A stretch of 64,000 nt of DNA from an uncultured Muribaculaceae bacterium (GCA_910579995.1 CAJTWH010000007.1:11050-75049); one strand, 5' to 3'; positions 18,761 through 29,494 are shown, counted from the first letter of the stretch. Numbers and translations are program-made. Notes: generated by a model from the sequence alone, not told the origin.

Positions 18761-19636
18761 ATGCGCATGACCGGACGCCGCAGCAGCGGCAACATCGAAG
18801 ATCGCCGCGGTAGCGGCACAGGCCGCAAATTAGGTATTGGCGGCGGTATTGTGGGAGTGATTATCGTAGCTGCCATCACACTCTTCTCGGGTGGTGGCAT
18901 TGGCGATGTGCTCGGCAACATCATGGGCAGCGGGGCTCTGCAGCCTCAATATGCACAGCAGGAATACACTCCCGACGCCGAAGACGAGCGGCTCGCCACT
19001 TTTGCCTCGCAGGTTCTCGCAGGCACAGAGGATGTGTGGACCCGTGAATTCCAGCGGCAGGGCTGGGGTGAGTACGAATGTCCCAAGATGGTGCTTTTCT
19101 CCGGTGCCGTGCAGTCGGGCTGCGGAAATGCCACATCGCAGACAGGCCCCTTCTATTGCTCCGCCGACCAGACTGTTTATATCGACCTCGACTTCTTCAA
19201 GGATATGAAAACGAGTATCGGTGCCGACGGCGATTTTGCCTACGCCTACGTAATCGCACACGAGGTAGGGCACCATGTGCAATATCTGCTCGGCACTCTT
19301 GACCGCGCCCACAATCAGATGGCGCAGCTGAGTGAGACCGAGGCAAACCGCATAAGCGTGCGCCTCGAATTGCAGGCCGACTTCTATGCCGGCGTATGGG
19401 CAGCCCTTGACAATGAAATGTTCAACTCCATAGAGGCCGGCGATGTGGAGAACGCCATCAATGCCGCCTCAAAAATCGGCGACGATTATCTGCAGCGCAA
19501 GGCATACGGCCGCGAGATTCCCGACAGCTTCAACCATGGCCGCAGTGAGCAGCGTGTGAGATGGCTGACAAAAGGTATCCAGACCGGAAATCCAAACTAT
19601 GGCGACACTTTCAGTCCCGCTTATTCAGATTTATGA
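18761..19636 (+). CDS. Neutral zinc metallopeptidase (YpfJ/Zn_peptidase family)
   Basis: SGNIEDRRG, GPFYC, VIAHEVGHHVQ, LELQADFYAG. Confidence 0.9.
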   Translation: MRMTGRRSSGNIEDRRGSGTGRKLGIGGGIVGVIIVAAITLFSGGGIGDVLGNIMGSGALQPQYAQQEYTPDAEDERLATFASQVLAGTEDVWTREFQRQGWGEYECPKMVLFSGAVQSGCGNATSQTGPFYCSADQTVYIDLDFFKDMKTSIGADGDFAYAYVIAHEVGHHVQYLLGTLDRAHNQMAQLSETEANRISVRLELQADFYAGVWAALDNEMFNSIEAGDVENAINAASKIGDDYLQRKAYGREIPDSFNHGRSEQRVRWLTKGIQTGNPNYGDTFSPAYSDL

Positions 19637-19640
19637 CATT

Positions 19641-20642
19641 ATGACTTTTACTCCCGACGATTACAAATATATGCGACGCGCTCTTGAGCTTGCAGCTCTC
19701 GGGCGCGGCCATGTTTCACCCAACCCGATGGTAGGCGCAGTCATTGTCGCCCCCGACAGCAGAATAATAGGCGAGGGTTGGCACAGACATTACGGAGGGC
19801 CCCATGCTGAGGTGAATGCCGTCAACTCGGTAGCTGATTCTGACCGTCACCTTTTGCCGGAGAGCACCATTTATGTCACCCTCGAGCCTTGCTCCCATTA
19901 TGGCAAGACGCCCCCCTGCGCCAAGTTGCTCTGCGACATTCATATAGGCAGGGTAGTGGTTGCTGCAGATGATCCCAATCCGCGTGTGGCCGGGCGGGGA
20001 ATATCAATGCTGCGGGAGGCCGGTATAGAAGTTGCTACCGGTCTGCTTGCACACGAAAGCTGCTTGCTCAACAAGACTTTCATGACCGCGCATACTCTCC
20101 ACCGTCCTTTCGTGACCCTCAAATGGGCTCAGAGTGCCGACGGGTACCTTGATCACAAGCGATGTGGAGGAGAGTCTGCCGCGCGATTTTCAACGCCTCT
20201 GTCATCGCTTACCGTGCATAGCCGGCGTGCCGTGCACGACGCCATTGCCGTAGGGGCACGCACGTTTGAGCTCGACAGTCCGCGGCTCAACACCCGTCTG
20301 GTAGCCGGCAGCTCTCCCAAGCGCATTGTCTTTGACCGCTCCAACAAGATATCCGACCTTACTTGTATACACATTACCTCAGACCGCCCGCTTGAAGAGA
20401 CGCTGAGCTGTCTGTATCGTGAGGATAATATCACCTCGCTTATGGTAGAGGGCGGGGCTTCATTGCTCAACAGTTTTATACAGGCAGGACTATGGGATGA
20501 GGCATATATCGAAGTCGCTGCGCCGCTTGGCGATAAAGGGGCGGTGAAGGCTCCGGTATTGCAGATGTTGCCCGCCGAAACATACCAAATTGACGGCAAC
20601 ACGATATATAAATACACTAAAAATCACACAAAGTTCGCCTAA
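19641..20642 (+). CDS. ribD: Riboflavin biosynthesis deaminase/reductase
   Basis: PNPMVGAV, HAEVNA, TLEPCSHYGKTPPC, KWAQSADG, VEGGA. Confidence 0.93.
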   Translation: MTFTPDDYKYMRRALELAALGRGHVSPNPMVGAVIVAPDSRIIGEGWHRHYGGPHAEVNAVNSVADSDRHLLPESTIYVTLEPCSHYGKTPPCAKLLCDIHIGRVVVAADDPNPRVAGRGISMLREAGIEVATGLLAHESCLLNKTFMTAHTLHRPFVTLKWAQSADGYLDHKRCGGESAARFSTPLSSLTVHSRRAVHDAIAVGARTFELDSPRLNTRLVAGSSPKRIVFDRSNKISDLTCIHITSDRPLEETLSCLYREDNITSLMVEGGASLLNSFIQAGLWDEAYIEVAAPLGDKGAVKAPVLQMLPAETYQIDGNTIYKYTKNHTKFA

Positions 20643-20773
20643 AAAACAAAAATAGTCGTAATTTGTTATATAAATAGTAGGATTTTAACGCAAAATGTCT
20701 TAAATTTGCCGACAAGATAAACCGGAATTCGATATATAAATATAATTGTCTAACTAATTAAACAATCAGCAAG

Positions 20774-20992
20774 ATGAACACAGAAACTATCGGCATGTAT
20801 GCCGGCTCTGTTTGGGTAGCCCTCAGCAATGCTGACGCCCTCGGAGTAAAACAGATCAAAAAGATGACCAAGCTCAAAGACAAAGAAGTCTTCGCAGCTC
20901 TCGGATGGCTTGCCCGCGAAGGCAAAGTGACCATTCTCCCCGATCCTGAAGATGAGAAAGAGCTTATTGTATCGCTCGTAGCCAACAACTAA
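20774..20992 (+). CDS. Small winged-helix protein (DUF2582-like)
   Basis: IGMYAGSVWVAL...ALGWLAREGKV; -7 box TAAATTTG at ~20701. Confidence 0.8.
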   Translation: MNTETIGMYAGSVWVALSNADALGVKQIKKMTKLKDKEVFAALGWLAREGKVTILPDPEDEKELIVSLVANN

Positions 20993-21012
20993 GCCCGTAC
21001 ATCCATAAAAAT

Positions 21013-21046
21013 AAAGCGACCCGCATTGCGAGTCGCTTTGTTTTTT
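21013..21046. terminator. Bidirectional terminator between convergent genes
   Basis: AAAGCGAC...GTCGCTTT stem with flanking A/T tracts. Confidence 0.75.
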
Positions 21047-21062
21047 ATCCGAAAAGGTCGGC

Positions 21063-21614
21063 TTATTTGCCGAAGTAGCGGTTGTAGAGACCTTGGAAGC
21101 CCTGGCCGTGGCGAGCCTCGTCTTTTGCCATTTCGTGAACGGTGTCGTGGATGGCGTCGAGGTTGAGCTCTTTGGCGCGTTTTGCAATGCGCATTTTGTC
21201 GGCGTTTGCACCGGCTTCTGCGGCCATGCGTTTCTCAAGGTTTGTGCGGGTATCCCATACCATCTCGCCAAGGAGTTCGGCGAATTTGGCAGCGTGCTCA
21301 GCTTCTTCGAAAGCGTAGCGCTTGAAAGCCTCTGCAACTTCGGGGTAGCCTTCGCGGTCGGCCTGACGGCTCATTGCGAGGTACATACCTACTTCTGTGC
21401 ATTCGCCGTTGAAGTGGGCGGTGAGGTCGGCGATCATTTCGTCGTCGCAGCCTTTTGCTACGCCGATTTCATGCTCGGTTACAAACTGAAGAAGAGCGGC
21501 TTGGTCAAGTTCTTTGAATTTGCTTTTGGGAGCACCGCACTGGGGGCACTTTTCGGGAGCTTCGTCACCTTCGTGGATAAAGCCACATACGGTGCAGATA
21601 AATTTCTTTTTCAT
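21063..21614 (-). CDS. Reverse rubrerythrin / NADH peroxidase
   Basis: N-terminal CTVCG...CPQCG rubredoxin; EEAEHA and DEARHG diiron motifs. Confidence 0.9.
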   Translation of the reverse strand: MKKKFICTVCGFIHEGDEAPEKCPQCGAPKSKFKELDQAALLQFVTEHEIGVAKGCDDEMIADLTAHFNGECTEVGMYLAMSRQADREGYPEVAEAFKRYAFEEAEHAAKFAELLGEMVWDTRTNLEKRMAAEAGANADKMRIAKRAKELNLDAIHDTVHEMAKDEARHGQGFQGLYNRYFGK

Positions 21615-21670
21615 TCTGGAAAAATTGTGGAATTGTTGTTTTTTATGTAGTGTTTCGGAAGCCCCGGATA

Positions 21671-22861
21671 TTATCCTTCGATAATGCCGTGGTTACGGAA
21701 AACTTTAGTAATTGTTTCGAGTGCGTGCTCTACCTGCTCTGCGGTGTGTGTGGCCATCAGCGAGAAGCGGATAAGGGTGTCTTGGGGCGCTACTGCCGGA
21801 GATACCACAGGGTTGACGAAGATACCCTCTTCAAGAAGGTCGCGGGTGATGGCGAAAGTCTTGAAGTTGTCGCGGATAAAGAGAGGTATGATAGGAGTTG
21901 AGGTGTTGCCGATCTCAAAGCCGCGGCTGCGGAAACCTTCGAGTGCCATATTGGTGAGTTTCCATAGATTCTCTTGGCGCTCGGGTTCTTCGATCATGAT
22001 GTCGATTGCCTTGAGGGCAGCGGCGGTTGAAGCCGGCGTAATGCTGGCGGTGAAGATATATGAGCGTGAGTGGTGGCGCAGGTAGTTGGTGATTTCCTTG
22101 TCTGTGGCAATGAAGCCGCCAAGCGAGGCAAATGATTTTGAGAATGTGCCCATCACGAGGTCTACATCGTCGGTGACGCCGAAAAGGTTGCAGACACCGC
22201 GGCCTCCGTTGCCGAACACGCCGATCGAGTGAGCTTCGTCTACCATCACCGAAGCATTGTATTTCTTTGCCAGACGCACGATTTCAGGCACGTTGGCGAC
22301 GTCGCCCTCCATAGAGAAAACACCGTCGGTGACGATGAGCTTCACTTTGTCGGGAGCGCACTGCTGGAGCTGCTTCTCGAGCGACTCCATATCGTTGTGC
22401 TTGTATTTAAGAGTTTTAGAGAAAGCGAGGCGGCGGCCTTCGATGATAGAGGCATGATCCTGCTCATCCCATAAAATATAGTCCTCGCGGCCTGTAAGAG
22501 TAGAAACCACGCCGAGGTTCACGCCGAAGCCGGTAGAGTAGATCATCACATCTTCTTTGCCGATATATTCAGCGATACGGTTTTCGAGTTTCTTGTGGAG
22601 GTCGAGAGTGCCGTTGAGGAAGGGCGAACCGGCGCAGCCTGTGCCATATTTACGGGTGGCCTCGATAGCTGCCTCTTTGATACGCGGGTCATTGACAAGA
22701 CCGGTGTAGCAATTTGAGCCGAACATCAGCACCTTTTTACCATTGATGATGACTTCGGGATCCTGCTCCGAAGAGATTGCGCGGAAGTAAGGATATACAC
22801 CCGCAGCCTTAGCTTCCTGAGGCGCGGTATATTTGGAAAGCTTTTCTTGTAACAGTTTCAT
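21671..22861 (-). CDS. spt: Serine palmitoyltransferase (AOS family, PLP)
   Basis: [56 protein letters not shown]; resembles Bacteroides SPT. Confidence 0.8.
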   Translation of the reverse strand: MKLLQEKLSKYTAPQEAKAAGVYPYFRAISSEQDPEVIINGKKVLMFGSNCYTGLVNDPRIKEAAIEATRKYGTGCAGSPFLNGTLDLHKKLENRIAEYIGKEDVMIYSTGFGVNLGVVSTLTGREDYILWDEQDHASIIEGRRLAFSKTLKYKHNDMESLEKQLQQCAPDKVKLIVTDGVFSMEGDVANVPEIVRLAKKYNASVMVDEAHSIGVFGNGGRGVCNLFGVTDDVDLVMGTFSKSFASLGGFIATDKEITNYLRHHSRSYIFTASITPASTAAALKAIDIMIEEPERQENLWKLTNMALEGFRSRGFEIGNTSTPIIPLFIRDNFKTFAITRDLLEEGIFVNPVVSPAVAPQDTLIRFSLMATHTAEQVEHALETITKVFRNHGIIEG

Positions 22862-22983
22862 ACTTTTGCTAATGATTGGTCGAGCGGGCTTGTGACCCTC
22901 GTTTCTTTCAAGTTGCAAAGTTAATGATTATTGTCGATAATTTTACCCTCTTTTACATTTTTTTACTTTAGGCTCAAAATTTT

Positions 22984-23015
22984 TTTGCACATCTCAAATG
23001 AAAGTATTAACTTTG
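22984..23015 (+). promoter_or_regulatory. Primary-sigma promoter for glnA
   Basis: TTTG-N20-TAACTTTG. Confidence 0.75.
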
Positions 23016-23020
23016 CGGCC

Positions 23021-23141
23021 GTAAAAGAGCCAACAGGTATGAATTTCGTCCCAACAGCCTTTACGGAGAGTTCTTCTCCGGCTTTTGCCCTTTTTACGAC
23101 GGGCAGAATTTGTTGCCGACTCTCATACGCGCCTCTTTTGC
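23021..23141 (+). promoter_or_regulatory. Candidate structured 5' leader RNA of glnA
   Basis: Nested stems GTAAAAGAG/CTCTTTTGC, GTATGA/TCATAC, CAACA/TGTTG enclosing hairpins CGGAGA/TCTCCG and TTTTGCCC/GGGCAGAA. Confidence 0.45.
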
Positions 23142-23248
23142 CGTCTTCCGCGCTACGGCGCGACTATATATGCTGCCCGATCGTCACCTTGAGTGCCTTC
23201 GGGTCTTTTTATTTTTAACTTGATCACAACCATTTATTAATATATTAT

Positions 23249-25438
23249 ATGTCTTCAAGTCTACGATTCAAAATGGTGGAGGAGGCTTTCGACCGCAAAG
23301 CTGTTGCTGTCGAAACTCCCGCCGAGCGTCCCGAGAAGTATTATGGCGAAATGGTATTCGACAGCCGCAAGATGTTTGAATATCTTCCTAAAGACGCCTA
23401 CGAGGCTCTGCAGCACGCCATTACCAACAAGCAGCCTATCAGCCGCCAACTCGCCGACGTTGTCGCCGAAGGTATGCGCCGTTGGGCTATCGACAATGGT
23501 GCCCGTCACTACACCCATTGGTTCGCTCCTCTTACAGGAGGTACTGCCGAGAAGCATGATGCCTTCATCGTCCACGACGGAAAGGGCGGGGTAGTGGAGG
23601 AGTTCTCCGGAAAGTTGCTCGTGCAGCAGGAGCCCGACGCCTCTTCGTTCCCCAACGGCGGTATCCGCAATACTTTCGAGGCTCGCGGCTACTCTGCATG
23701 GGATATCTCTTCGCCCGCTTTTATCGTTGACCAGACACTCTGTATCCCTACCATCTTCATCTCATATACCGGTGAGTCGCTCGACTACAAGACACCTCTT
23801 CTGCGAGCCCTCAACAGTGTCGATGTTGCCGCCACCGCCGTCGCCCGCTACTTCGACCCCGAGGTGAAGCATGTGGTGTCGTACCTTGGCTGGGAACAGG
23901 AATATTTCCTTGTAGACGAGTCGCTCTATAGCGCCCGCCCCGACTTGGTGATGACCGGCCGCACCCTCATGGGACATGAAAGCGCCAAGAACCAGCAGCT
24001 TGAAGACCACTACTTCGGTTCTATTCCCAAGCGAGTGGAGGCTTTCATGCTCGATCTCGAGATTCAGTGCCATCGCTTGGGCATACCTGCCAAGACACGC
24101 CACAATGAGGTTGCCCCCAACCAGTTTGAGCTCGCTCCTATTTTTGAGGAGACCAACCTTGCCAACGACCACAATCTGCTTCTGATGTCGGTTATGGCAG
24201 AGACTGCGCGTCGCCACAACTTCCGTGTGCTTCTACATGAGAAGCCCTTCAAAGGCGTCAACGGCTCAGGCAAGCACAACAACTGGAGCCTCGGCACCGA
24301 CCGCGGGGCAATGCTCTTCGCACCCGGCCGCACCCCGATGGATAATCTGCAGTTTATCACCTTCGTTGCCAACGTCATGGCTGCCGTACACCGCCACAAT
24401 GCCCTTATCAAGGCCTCAATCATGTCGGCAACCAACGCCCACCGTCTCGGCGCCAACGAAGCACCTCCTGCCATCATCTCAATCTTCACCGGCAGCCAGC
24501 TCGCCGATATCCTCGATAAGATTGCCGACAGCGACGCCGCCGACCTCTCCGACCTTAAGAAAAAAGCAGAGTATTCTCTCGGTCTCGCCCAGATTCCGGA
24601 GCTTACTCTCGACAATACCGACCGCAACCGCACATCGCCGTTTGCCTTCACCGGCAACCGCTTCGAGTTCCGCGCGGTAGGTTCGAGCGCCAACTGTGCC
24701 TCGGCCATGATAGTTCTTAATGCAGCAGTGGCTGAGCAGCTTGCCGACTTCCACTCCAAGGTTGAGGCTCGCCTTGCTGCCGGTGAAAAACTCACCGACG
24801 CAATCCTTGCCGAAGTCCGTGTGCTCATCAAGCAATCAAAGGCTATCCATTTCGACGGCAACGGCTACAGCGAGGAATGGCAGCAGGAGGCCGCACGTCG
24901 CGGTCTTGACTGTGAGACATCGGCTCCCCGCATGTTCGACGCATACCTCTCGCCCGAGTCTGTAGAGATGTTCTCAAAGACCGGCGTTCTATCCAAGGTA
25001 GAGCTTGAGGCCCGCAATGAGGTGAAGTGGGAGATTTATACCAAGAAGATTCAGATCGAGGCCCGCGTTCTCGGCGATCTCGCCCTCAATCACATCATCC
25101 CCGTGGCCACGCGCTATCAGTCTACACTGGTCGATAATCTCGTGAAGCTCCGCGAGCTCCTTGGTGAGCGCGGGTCGCAGATCGGAGCAGGCGACCTCGA
25201 GGCTATAGAAAAAATATCGAAGCACATCGACGTTATCCGCAAGACTGTCCACGATATGGTGCAGGCACGCAAGCAGGCCAACGCGATAACATCCGAGCGC
25301 GAGAAAGCTATCGCATACCACGACAATGTGGTGCCGGCGATGGAGACGATACGCTACCATATCGACAAACTCGAGCTCCTCGTCGACAACGAGATGTGGC
25401 CTCTGCCCAAATACCGCGAATTACTCTTTATCCGATAA
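23249..25438 (+). CDS. glnA: Glutamine synthetase type III
   Basis: 729 aa; THWFAPLTG.TAEKHD, EPDASSFP, HNEVAPNQFE, HEKPFKGVNGSGKHNNW, DRNRTSPFAFTGNRFEFRAVG. Confidence 0.95.
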   Translation: MSSSLRFKMVEEAFDRKAVAVETPAERPEKYYGEMVFDSRKMFEYLPKDAYEALQHAITNKQPISRQLADVVAEGMRRWAIDNGARHYTHWFAPLTGGTAEKHDAFIVHDGKGGVVEEFSGKLLVQQEPDASSFPNGGIRNTFEARGYSAWDISSPAFIVDQTLCIPTIFISYTGESLDYKTPLLRALNSVDVAATAVARYFDPEVKHVVSYLGWEQEYFLVDESLYSARPDLVMTGRTLMGHESAKNQQLEDHYFGSIPKRVEAFMLDLEIQCHRLGIPAKTRHNEVAPNQFELAPIFEETNLANDHNLLLMSVMAETARRHNFRVLLHEKPFKGVNGSGKHNNWSLGTDRGAMLFAPGRTPMDNLQFITFVANVMAAVHRHNALIKASIMSATNAHRLGANEAPPAIISIFTGSQLADILDKIADSDAADLSDLKKKAEYSLGLAQIPELTLDNTDRNRTSPFAFTGNRFEFRAVGSSANCASAMIVLNAAVAEQLADFHSKVEARLAAGEKLTDAILAEVRVLIKQSKAIHFDGNGYSEEWQQEAARRGLDCETSAPRMFDAYLSPESVEMFSKTGVLSKVELEARNEVKWEIYTKKIQIEARVLGDLALNHIIPVATRYQSTLVDNLVKLRELLGERGSQIGAGDLEAIEKISKHIDVIRKTVHDMVQARKQANAITSEREKAIAYHDNVVPAMETIRYHIDKLELLVDNEMWPLPKYRELLFIR

Positions 25439-25446
25439 CCGCAGGA

Positions 25447-25491
25447 AGGAGATGTGTATGCCTCAAGGGCTCACATCTCCTCACCTTTTTT
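25447..25491 (+). terminator. Hairpin/terminator between glnA and purF
   Basis: AGGAGATGTG/CACATCTCCT stem followed by T-tract. Confidence 0.55.
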
Positions 25492-25493
25492 AT

Positions 25494-27380
25494 ATGGAAG
25501 CACTCAAGCACGAATGTGGCGTGGCTGTGATCAGGCTGCGCAAACCATTGTCTTATTACAAAGAAAAATATGGCAGCTACAGCTATGGGCTCGACCGGCT
25601 GTATCTGCTGATGGAAAAACAGCACAACCGCGGGCAGGAAGCTGCCGGCATAGGTGTGGTGAAACTGAATTCCGATCCCGGTGAAGAATATGTTTATCGC
25701 GAGCGGGCTCTCGGCACCGGCGCCATTGATGAAATCTTCGCGCGGGTCGGAGCTGCGGTTCCGGCGACGCTAAATTCTTTGTCGGCCGATGAGGTTGACC
25801 ACAATGTTCCTTTCATCGGGCAGATCTACATGGGACACCTGCGCTACAGCACCACAGGCCGCAGCGGCATGGAATTCACACATCCGTTCTTGCGTCGCAA
25901 CAACTGGCGCTCGCGCGCGCTTTTGCTCTGCGGCAACTTCAATATGACGAATGTCGAAGATATTTTCAAACAGATTGTCGCTACCGGACAGCACCCGAGG
26001 CTTTACAGCGACACAGTGCTTCTTCTCGAACAAATCGGCAATTCACTTGACAAGGAAAACCACCGTATCTACCGCAAGTATCGTGATGAGCTTTGCGATC
26101 CGCAGTTGTCGCAACAGATAGAGCGCGAGCTTGACATGGGCAATGTGATTGCCACACCTTCACCTCTATGGGATGGAGGATATACAATATGCGGCACTAC
26201 CGGTTCGGGCTCTTCATTTATCCTCCGTGACTCCAAAGGCATACGTCCCGCTTTCTATTATATCGATGATGAGGTTATAGTGGTAGCCTCGGAGCGCCCT
26301 GTAATCCAGACAGTGTTCAATGTAGCGATTGACAAAGTATGCGAGCTCGGTCCGGGCTGCGCTTTGCTTATCAATCAGGCCGGCGAACCGGAGATACGTC
26401 GTATTCTGCCTGAGGGCGAGAATCAGCGTTGCTCTTTCGAGAGGGTGTATTTTTCCCGCGGTAGCGACGCCGATATCTACCGTGAGCGCAAGGCTCTCGG
26501 CGCCAATATAGTGCCCGAACTCATAGAGACAATCGGCGGTCGCTTCGATACTACCGTCTTTTCTTTTATTCCCAATACAGCCGAAGTGGCCTTTATAGGA
26601 ATGGTAGAAGCCCTCAACCGCCATTTCGACCGCCGGCGCAAAGATGAGATTTCACAATTGGCCTCGCGCGGGGAGCTGTCGGAAGAGGCTCTCACCGATA
26701 TTCTCAGAAGAAAGGTGAGGGTAGAGAAAATAGCCATCAAGGATATCAAACTACGCACTTTTATCGCCGAGGGAAGCTCGCGCAACGACCTCGCAGCCCA
26801 CGTCTACGATGTCACATACGGCAGCATACGCCCGGGTGTCGACAGCCTCGTTGTTATCGACGACAGCATTGTGCGCGGCACCACATTGCGCCAGTCTATC
26901 CTCCGCATACTCGACCGTCTTGAGCCTCGCCGTATCATTGTTGTTTCTTCATCTCCGCAGGTACGCTATCCCGACTACTACGGAATCGACATGCCTCATC
27001 TCGATGAGCTCGCCGCATTCCGTGCCGCAGTCAGTCTGCTCGAACACAGCGGCCAGGCCGGTGTGCTCGACGATGTCTACGCCCGCTGCATGGCCGAGAT
27101 AGAGAAGCCTGAAGCGGAGATGACCAATGCGGTAAAGGAAATCTACGACCGCTTCTCCGACCGCGAGATTGCCGAGGAGATGGCCCGCATGTTGCGCCCC
27201 GATGATATCAAAGCTTCGGTTGATATTCTATTCCAATCACTTGAGGGGCTGCATGACGCCATTCCCGGATGTCCCGGCGACTGGTATTTCTCGGGCAACT
27301 ATCCTACAGCGGGCGGCACACGGCTTGTCAACCGCGCATACATCAACTTCTACCGCAAGCGTCACTCCTCACCCCGCTGA
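25494..27380 (+). CDS. purF: Amidophosphoribosyltransferase (Bacteroidetes long form)
   Basis: MEALKHECG, QHNRGQE, GHLRYST, VIDDSIVRGTT; start revised to 25494. Confidence 0.88.
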   Translation: MEALKHECGVAVIRLRKPLSYYKEKYGSYSYGLDRLYLLMEKQHNRGQEAAGIGVVKLNSDPGEEYVYRERALGTGAIDEIFARVGAAVPATLNSLSADEVDHNVPFIGQIYMGHLRYSTTGRSGMEFTHPFLRRNNWRSRALLLCGNFNMTNVEDIFKQIVATGQHPRLYSDTVLLLEQIGNSLDKENHRIYRKYRDELCDPQLSQQIERELDMGNVIATPSPLWDGGYTICGTTGSGSSFILRDSKGIRPAFYYIDDEVIVVASERPVIQTVFNVAIDKVCELGPGCALLINQAGEPEIRRILPEGENQRCSFERVYFSRGSDADIYRERKALGANIVPELIETIGGRFDTTVFSFIPNTAEVAFIGMVEALNRHFDRRRKDEISQLASRGELSEEALTDILRRKVRVEKIAIKDIKLRTFIAEGSSRNDLAAHVYDVTYGSIRPGVDSLVVIDDSIVRGTTLRQSILRILDRLEPRRIIVVSSSPQVRYPDYYGIDMPHLDELAAFRAAVSLLEHSGQAGVLDDVYARCMAEIEKPEAEMTNAVKEIYDRFSDREIAEEMARMLRPDDIKASVDILFQSLEGLHDAIPGCPGDWYFSGNYPTAGGTRLVNRAYINFYRKRHSSPR

Positions 27381-27934
27381 TTCATCATCTCGTGTATATC
27401 TTTGATTGCGTCGGCGTCGGTGCGTTGGGCGCGTGTGGTGATTGCAACACCTATGCAGCCGCCGATTATGCCGCCTATGATAGCGCCAATCCATGCGAAG
27501 TTGTCGGACTCAGCGGCATACCATGCAAGCCACAAGGTAGCTGTCGGTAGCCCCACACACATCTGGCGTCGGCGCAAACGTCGTCTTTTTTCAAGTATCT
27601 CGGCAAGCTCTAAAAGGGGCTTGCTGAAGTAATCGTTGTTTTTCAAACGGTTAAGGTAAACGTCATAAACTACCGATATGGTGCACATTGCCATCGTGGC
27701 CCAATAGAAAGTCCACGACAGGTGCTGGAAGTGAATCAACGGCAAGAAACTCAGATAAATAAACGGAAGCAAGATAAATATCTGGAAGGAGTTGAATTTG
27801 CGTATCCATGCCGAGTTGCCGGCCATAACCTTGCGCATGAGCCGCTCGTTGACGCGTTCTTGTCGATTTATGATATTCTTGAGTTCATGCATTTGTGAGC
27901 GCATTTCATCAAGTTCGGTATCTGCTTGTGTCAT
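27362..27934 (-). CDS. Membrane protein, putative anti-sigma factor
   Basis: About 4 TMs; ATGA-coupled downstream of ECF sigma. Confidence 0.6.
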   Translation of the reverse strand: MTQADTELDEMRSQMHELKNIINRQERVNERLMRKVMAGNSAWIRKFNSFQIFILLPFIYLSFLPLIHFQHLSWTFYWATMAMCTISVVYDVYLNRLKNNDYFSKPLLELAEILEKRRRLRRRQMCVGLPTATLWLAWYAAESDNFAWIGAIIGGIIGGCIGVAITTRAQRTDADAIKDIHEMMNQRGEE

Positions 27935-28407
27935 TGTTCCTGTTTTTTAAGTTTTTCACGAATCCTTATCAATCTCACACCTACCGCCTTGGCCGATATA
28001 CCTGCGATTTCGCCGATTTCTTCGTAGGTGAGGTCTTCAAGCCAAAGCAGCACGATAGCCCTGTCGAAAGGTTCGAGCCGGCGTATGCGCTCATGGAGCT
28101 GTCGGTTTTGCGGCTGGCGTTCGATCTCATCGTAGGCTGATTCTATGCCGGCGTTTTCTATTGGTGAGGTGTCGAGACGCCGCTTACGTTTGTAGCTTAT
28201 GCAGGTGTTGAGGCTCACGCGGTATACCCATGTCGACGGTGTGCTTTCGTTCCGGTAGTTGGCATAGCCTTTCCACAGATTGATAAGCACCTCCTGAAAC
28301 AGATCGTCGGCCTCTGCCTTCGATGTGCCGAACATATAGCATACCGAGTAAATCGTTGCCGTCTGACTGCGCACAAGGTTTTCAAAGTCTTTGTCGTTGC
28401 TGCTCAT
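27931..28407 (-). CDS. ECF RNA polymerase sigma-70 factor
   Basis: DDLFQEVLINLW, STWVYRVSLN, LTYEEIGEIAGIS...VGVRLIR. Confidence 0.92.
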   Translation of the reverse strand: MSSNDKDFENLVRSQTATIYSVCYMFGTSKAEADDLFQEVLINLWKGYANYRNESTPSTWVYRVSLNTCISYKRKRRLDTSPIENAGIESAYDEIERQPQNRQLHERIRRLEPFDRAIVLLWLEDLTYEEIGEIAGISAKAVGVRLIRIREKLKKQEQ

Positions 28408-28469
28408 CGAGTTTTGAGTTCGTTTGTCTGTTAGACGCAGAAATACTTTGAAAAACTACATGACAAGGC

Positions 28470-28497
28470 AAAAAAAAGCCCGCTCTTGCGAGCAGGC
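28470..28497 (-). terminator. Terminator of frc-oxc-AEC operon
   Basis: Minus strand GCCTGCTCGCAAGAGCGGGC followed by long T-tract. Confidence 0.7.
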
Positions 28498-28525
28498 CGT
28501 TATAGAATAGAGTTTTAGAACCTTT

Positions 28526-29494
28526 TTAGAACATTGCGATAGCTTTGTCGGTAATCCAGATCCACAGAGGGCAGGTGGCCATGAAAAGCAGGGTCGACAC
28601 TGCCAGTGAAGATGTGCCGGTAGCAACGTAAGTGTTGTAGCGGCTGGCGATGATAATGCCAGAGAATGCAGGTGGTAAGGCGGCGCAGACTACAAGCATC
28701 TTGAGGTTGGTAGGCTCCATGTGGAAAAGAAGACCCACTACGAGGATAGCCAACGGCATGATGATAAGTTTGAGGAATGTGCCCATCCATACCTGAGCGT
28801 TGATGGTAATTTTTACCGATGACAATGTGATACCTGCTGCGAATACGGCAACAGAGGCGTTGGCGCCTGCCAAAAGGGTAAACGACGGGTCGAGCTCAGC
28901 AGGCCATTTCACGCCGCAGAGCACGAGGATTACGGCAAGGATAGGAGCCCATGCCACAGGCTGCTTCAGTGCGTTGATGACAGGAGCCCAAGGGTTGGGT
29001 TTCTTGCCTCCGTTGAGAGCTGCAGCCTCAGCATTGCCTGAGTTGAGCAGGCAAAGGCCAATAGGAATGCCGAGAGCGTTCACTTCAATCGACACGATGG
29101 CGATTACAAGACCTACGGCGGCCGATGTGCCGAAGATAGGCTCGAGCACGGCAAAACCGAGGAAGCCGATTGTCGGAGAACCGCTGATCAAGGCTGATAC
29201 GGCGGCGTCGCCCTTGGTGTTGCCTTTATACATTCTGAATACAAAGTAAACAAGGAAGAAACATGCCAGCAGGACTACGAAACTTATCGCTGTAAGCTTG
29301 ATGTCGGCTGAGAGCATGGCTCTGTTGGCTTTGACAATAGATACAAACAATGCTGCCGGCAATGCATAGTTGAGCACTACCTTGTTGAGAATCTTGGCGT
29401 CGGCTCCTGAGAACGCGCCTTTTTTCCCTGAAAAATAACCTAAGGCCATGACCACGAATATAGGCACAATGGCATAAAGTATGATGTGTAGCAT
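28526..29494 (-). CDS. AEC-family transporter (YfdV-like), likely oxalate/formate-related
   Basis: LNKVVLNYALPAALF, GSPTIGFLGFAVL, ALPPAFSGIIIASRY; context with oxc/frc. Confidence 0.85.
   Translation of the reverse strand: MLHIILYAIVPIFVVMALGYFSGKKGAFSGADAKILNKVVLNYALPAALFVSIVKANRAMLSADIKLTAISFVVLLACFFLVYFVFRMYKGNTKGDAAVSALISGSPTIGFLGFAVLEPIFGTSAAVGLVIAIVSIEVNALGIPIGLCLLNSGNAEAAALNGGKKPNPWAPVINALKQPVAWAPILAVILVLCGVKWPAELDPSFTLLAGANASVAVFAAGITLSSVKITINAQVWMGTFLKLIIMPLAILVVGLLFHMEPTNLKMLVVCAALPPAFSGIIIASRYNTYVATGTSSLAVSTLLFMATCPLWIWITDKAIAMF

Noticed and set aside
25326..25493. N-terminal extensions in the ORF track (purF 25326; also ssb 18204, oxc 31401, spt 22918, 11244)
   Set aside because: They overlap upstream genes or hairpins; downstream ATGs match family N-termini or ATGA coupling
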